From assembly GCA_000708835.1 (NCBI GenBank), contig DF237249.1:43772-107771 (forward strand): 64,000 bases of DNA. The letters run 5' to 3'. The notes beneath the pieces are model-generated. The model had not been told where the DNA came from. It searched no databases and was given only the letters and a program-made list of their open reading frames with translations. Source of the DNA: Klebsormidium nitens. Taxonomy: Eukaryota > Plantae > Klebsormidiophyceae. Both the position numbers and the translations under genes were made by a program. Of this stretch, positions 60,201-64,000 are shown piece after piece; the first letter of the stretch is position 1; each line of letters starts with the position of its first letter.

Positions 60201-62827
60201 ATGATTTTGCAATAGTTAGATTCCGAAAGGAGCCATTGTTTACCAGCATAACAGGTTGCGGTTTTGTTCCTACCGTTGTTCTCTGCCAGTAAAGGCCCGG
60301 TGGCTTGTGGCCCGTTGGCTCCAAACCCAACATTTAGGATCTGAATGTCGTCATTTCAGCTGACTTGCCACCTCCGAGAAGTCGTGCGGCCGCAATTTTA
60401 ACAAGCAGCTTACTCCTGGTTCCGGCATGGGGCGAGTCCCCTTAGGGCTAGATGCAAAATCCTATCACCAGAACTTCAAAGGCAAACCATCTGAAGGTAT
60501 TCTGGCGCCCTTGCTTGCAGATCCGCCTACTTCCAGCAGATTGCCGCCGACGTGAAGCAGCACGCGGCTGCGATCGAGCAGGCGAAAGCCGCCATCGAAA
60601 CCTTCCAGACTGCGGACATGGACGCCCTTCTCGCCTTCCGGACGTCCGTCGAAAACGCGCTCGAAAGTCTGACGGACGAAAGCCAGGTTCTGGCGCGGTT
60701 TGAGGGGTTCCCGAGCCGCAAACTCGAGACGATCCGAATGGCGGCCTCGCTGCACTCGCGGCTGGCGGGAACGGCGAAAGACCTGGAGCAGTGGAAGGTC
60801 GCGGGGGGAGCGTATGAAGAGCTGGAGCGGGCGATCAAGTACTTTGACAAGGTGGGCGGTTTTGGGTCCGATCCTGGGTGTGTATTTGGGATCGAGTTTC
60901 GGGTCTTGTTTTTTTGTTGCCATTCTATGCGCTTAAGGTTCCGGCCTTGGTTTTAATTTTCGTGTGCGAAAACCTGCCGGCTCGGAATGTGCCTATCACT
61001 TCTGGATAGAGCGAAGTATCTGGACGTTCGATCAGGGCATCTTTAGCGGTTCTAGCTCTCGTCTGGTGGAAAGTCGGCACCGTGGAAGGTCCGGGGGAGC
61101 ATATGACGAGTTGGAGGGGCGGATGTTCACTGTGACAATGCAGGCGGATCTAAGGGGTTCACTTCTGCTTTTGCTGGGCGAGAGACTGGTGGCCTTCGGA
61201 ACCGGCGGTGAACAGTTTGTGAGGGTGAGACATTGGAATGAGTGGGGATTGAGAAGGCGGGTGACTGTTGAAAGCGGAGCAGGCACTCAATTGTATCACA
61301 ACGTAGCACTTCTCAGTGAGCAGTGCTTCTGGTGGACTGAGGTTTGGGTTGGCTTTTTGTTGAGTGGTGGGCCACTCTTGAAGCATTAGATGAGACACGT
61401 TGAGAAGGCTGTGTCCACTTATCTCGCTTTCGGCTGGCCTACTCCATTCCAGCGATCTGCCAGCCTTCAACGAGCCTCGAGAGCGTAGTTTAGGAATGTC
61501 TCGGATGTCCCAGTCTCGGCCCTTTTCGCTACATATCACTTCGCTACTCGGATTTAGAAACCATTTCCTCCTGGCAAAGTCTAATCTGATCGTTTTTCGG
61601 ACCGTCAGATGAAGAAAGAGGTGGAGGCCTGCGAACGGACCCAGGACGAGGACGGCCGCCGATTTGCCGCGAGCAAAATCTCGTTTGACTGGACGACCAT
61701 AACCAGGTGCGGTCCTCCGCTCGCCTAATAAACTTTACCTGCTCATCCAACCAGTCTCAAGGAGGGCTTGCGTAAATCTACACTCTGCCAAACCGGGCGC
61801 ATTCTCGGGCAAAGTCTGAAAAGCAACCTCGGAAATTGGAGAACGATTCGTCGGGGTTCGGCTGAGGCGGCGTTGATTTGAGCTGAAGGGGTTCCTGTGT
61901 GGCGTCCCTCAAACGCATCACTCCTTCCTGTAGAGATGAAAGGTTGCCACGCTTTCACGGGGGCGCGGGCAATGTTCGATGATTATTCCCTGGCTGTCCT
62001 TTTCTGAGCGCATCTACCATAAAAGTTTGAGCTGGACAAACTGCAATCGACAGATTGCAGGATTTTGCGCTCTGGATTCTTTTCTGTGGGTATTGTCGAT
62101 CGCAAGCAAGAAAAGTCCTCCGTTCGCACCCACAGAAGGCTAATGTCAAATCTCCCTCCGACATCGTGCATTGGTCGGTCGCAAGGGCAAACAATATCTG
62201 GCTGCTCGGTAGCACTAGTTCAGCAGTAACGCGCGCCCATATTGCAAGCGTTGGCGGCAAGCGCCTCAAAAACCCCGTCTTTTGTCTCTCCAGGGTGAAG
62301 GAAGCGGCTGTGGGCTTGTCGGGGCGCCTCCTTGAGATCACGCTCCAGGTAAATCGCAAGCCCTCAATGCCTCCGTGGCGTCGACCTGTCTGCTTTGCGC
62401 CATAAGACCCCTTTCAGTCCAGTTTCTGCAACTTATCTTCGTCAACGGTTCTGTTTTTCAGGAGGTTTGGCGGGCCGAAAATGACTTCTCGCTTCAGTCT
62501 GCCGTGCCTCTCCTTTCATTCCTTGTGTAAGAGGCGCAGCAAGTCATCGTACTGTTCCGACAGTCTCTAGCACCACGTTGTGTAGATTCGGTCCTTCCTT
62601 CTCTGCTACAGGAAAGCCGAAGACTTCGACAGACTGTTGACTTCGAAAGCGAGCCCTCTCCTGCCGACGTCAGCAAAGTTCGCCAACAGGTGCACACTAT
62701 TTGGGCTGCTTTCCAGTTCGCCTTTCGCGTCTACAACTTTGCGGGCGGCCAAGACGAGAAAGGCGAGCAGTTGGCGGAGGCAATGGCTGAGGAGATTGAA
62801 GCGTACCCGGCGGGTGCTTGGAGCTAG
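54296..62827 (+). CDS. CHUP1-like / hydroxyproline-rich protein (At4g04980/At1g61080 type) with Pro-rich region and CHUP1-type C-terminal domain; 12-exon model with one G-run frameshift
   Basis: Exons 54296-54375, 54634-54706, 55168-55248, 56041-56208, 57026-57151, 57959-58063, 58306-58597, 59199-60136, 60521-60851, 61609-61706, 62294-62348, 62612-62827, phases consistent. Motifs: LMELRRRM, poly-Pro, KLKRSTKMGALYRGLKRKVEG, GMAEMLGEITKRSAYFQQI.ADV, LTDESQVLARFEGFP..KLE.IRMA, WAAFQFAFRVYNFAGG. One extra G at 60019-60025 or 60047-60055 breaks the frame. Inclusion of the first four exons is less certain. Confidence 0.85.
57771..57848. repeat. ~40-bp tandem duplication in a CHUP1-like gene intron
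   Basis: TGCGAACAAC.CTCTTATCCTCAA.AATGGCCCATTCC occurs twice in tandem. Confidence 0.75.
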
Positions 62828-64000
62828 TGCAAATTTGCAATGAATCCGAAGTTGTGGCGTTGCAAAACGATTGCTCACATGCTAGGAAGCTGGTAACAGG
62901 TAAGATATGATTTTAGACAAATCATCTGGCAATTGTGAAGCCCCCTCCATTCATGTGACTCCAGACCCCGGCCTAAAGCCGACGGCGAGTGCATGCTAAT
63001 TGATCTTCTCACCGAGACTCAAGCAAACGTTGCTCGATACATTCTCGATACATATGCTTTCTCACGTTTAGTGACGGTGAATTATCGGGCCGCCGGATTA
63101 GGCACAATCTTGCACGGGTATACTGAAAATTTAGAAGCGTTTCCGTTTATGTAATGGAAGCAGTGCCATGGACTTACTCAACGTGCGTTTGGCGCTACTG
63201 AGATTGAAGGATGACGCCCGGCCTGGCAGCCCGACTTTTGAAGCTTACACCTTTGCATGAGTGGGGCGGGGCCTTGTAGCTTTGGTATCGCACATGGCAT
63301 GTGCAAGACGTACTATACAAGATGAAGCATGTAATTTCAACCATGTCTCGCGCGGGTCAGGTAATTTTCAGGCTTAGCAGCTTCCGAGTCCCATGTACGA
63401 CCAACGCTTTGATCATGTTTCGGCATGCACCACTGAGCTGAACCTGCATCCTTTTTCAATTTGCAACTCACGCGGTCACACCGAAAAGGCGAACGTCTTA
63501 ATTCCAGACTTCGATTGAAGCTTCAGATTTGATTGTCATTTTCGCATAATTTGGAGAACGGATGCTAGGCACATGTCAATGTAAACGCAATGCGCAATGG
63601 CTAGGTTAGCCGGAGGCCTACTGCACGAGAGCCTTGTCAGCGAATTGGCAAGCTAGCCGTATGGGGATCGATTCCGGGAGATCGATTGACGCATCTCGAA
63701 GTTGCTCTGTTCACAGCAAAAGCGTTACTACGCTGTGCAATAAGGTCATCTCAGTCATCAATACCAACTTCACCCGGCCGCTAGAGGAAGGCAGATTATC
63801 AGCCGCCGCTTGTAAAATTCTCTTTACGTACGTTTTTGGTAGATTCTTTCTTTTTGGATTCTCTCCTGCGGATGCCGTGCAGTTCAACAAGACGCGTATT
63901 CCCTTCGTTTCATGATCTCGACCGATATGCAGAGGAATGCAGCTCTGTTTCCTTGGTCAGGCCGCTTCATGAGGGAACCTCGTCGGTACGACTGCCACCA

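Noticed and set aside
62462-62526. Extra exon candidate (EVWRAENDFSLQSAVPLLSFL) in the CHUP1-like gene
   Set aside because: Its phase-2 donor would put the final exon out of the conserved WAAFQFAFRVYNFAGG frame; direct 62348-62612 splicing fits.

Overview
Intron-rich eukaryotic nuclear DNA with GT-AG introns of a few hundred bp and G/C-ending codons in exons. The gene content (RLK/Pelle kinase, GDSL lipase, root-cap-domain protein, CHUP1-like protein, plastid TPR and peroxiredoxin-like proteins) points to a streptophyte; a charophyte alga such as Klebsormidium is my inference, not a database result. I reconstructed spliced models by hand with consistent intron phases for: a mitochondrial carrier (running off the left edge), NADH-cytochrome b5 reductase, a small secreted protein, a secreted two-Cys-knot/Pro-Thr protein, a root-cap-domain protein, a GDSL lipase, a 5'-truncated receptor-like kinase, a TPR + J-like protein, two diverged F-box paralogs in inverted orientation, a plastid TPR protein head-to-head with a plastid AhpC/TSA protein, and a long CHUP1-like gene. 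Main points of interest: a ~19 kb run of secreted-protein genes, three of them with RKLL/RRML-type processing sites; a 517-bp hAT-like MITE carrying 12 RCCGAC (DRE/CRT) cores upstream of the GDSL gene; repeated local duplications of splice acceptors and gene ends; a J-like domain with HTD in place of HPD; and a possible MAP65/PRC1-like N-terminal extension on the CHUP1-like protein. Several single-base frameshifts sit in G homopolymers and may be assembly errors. No rRNA, intact tRNA or true CRISPR array was found.
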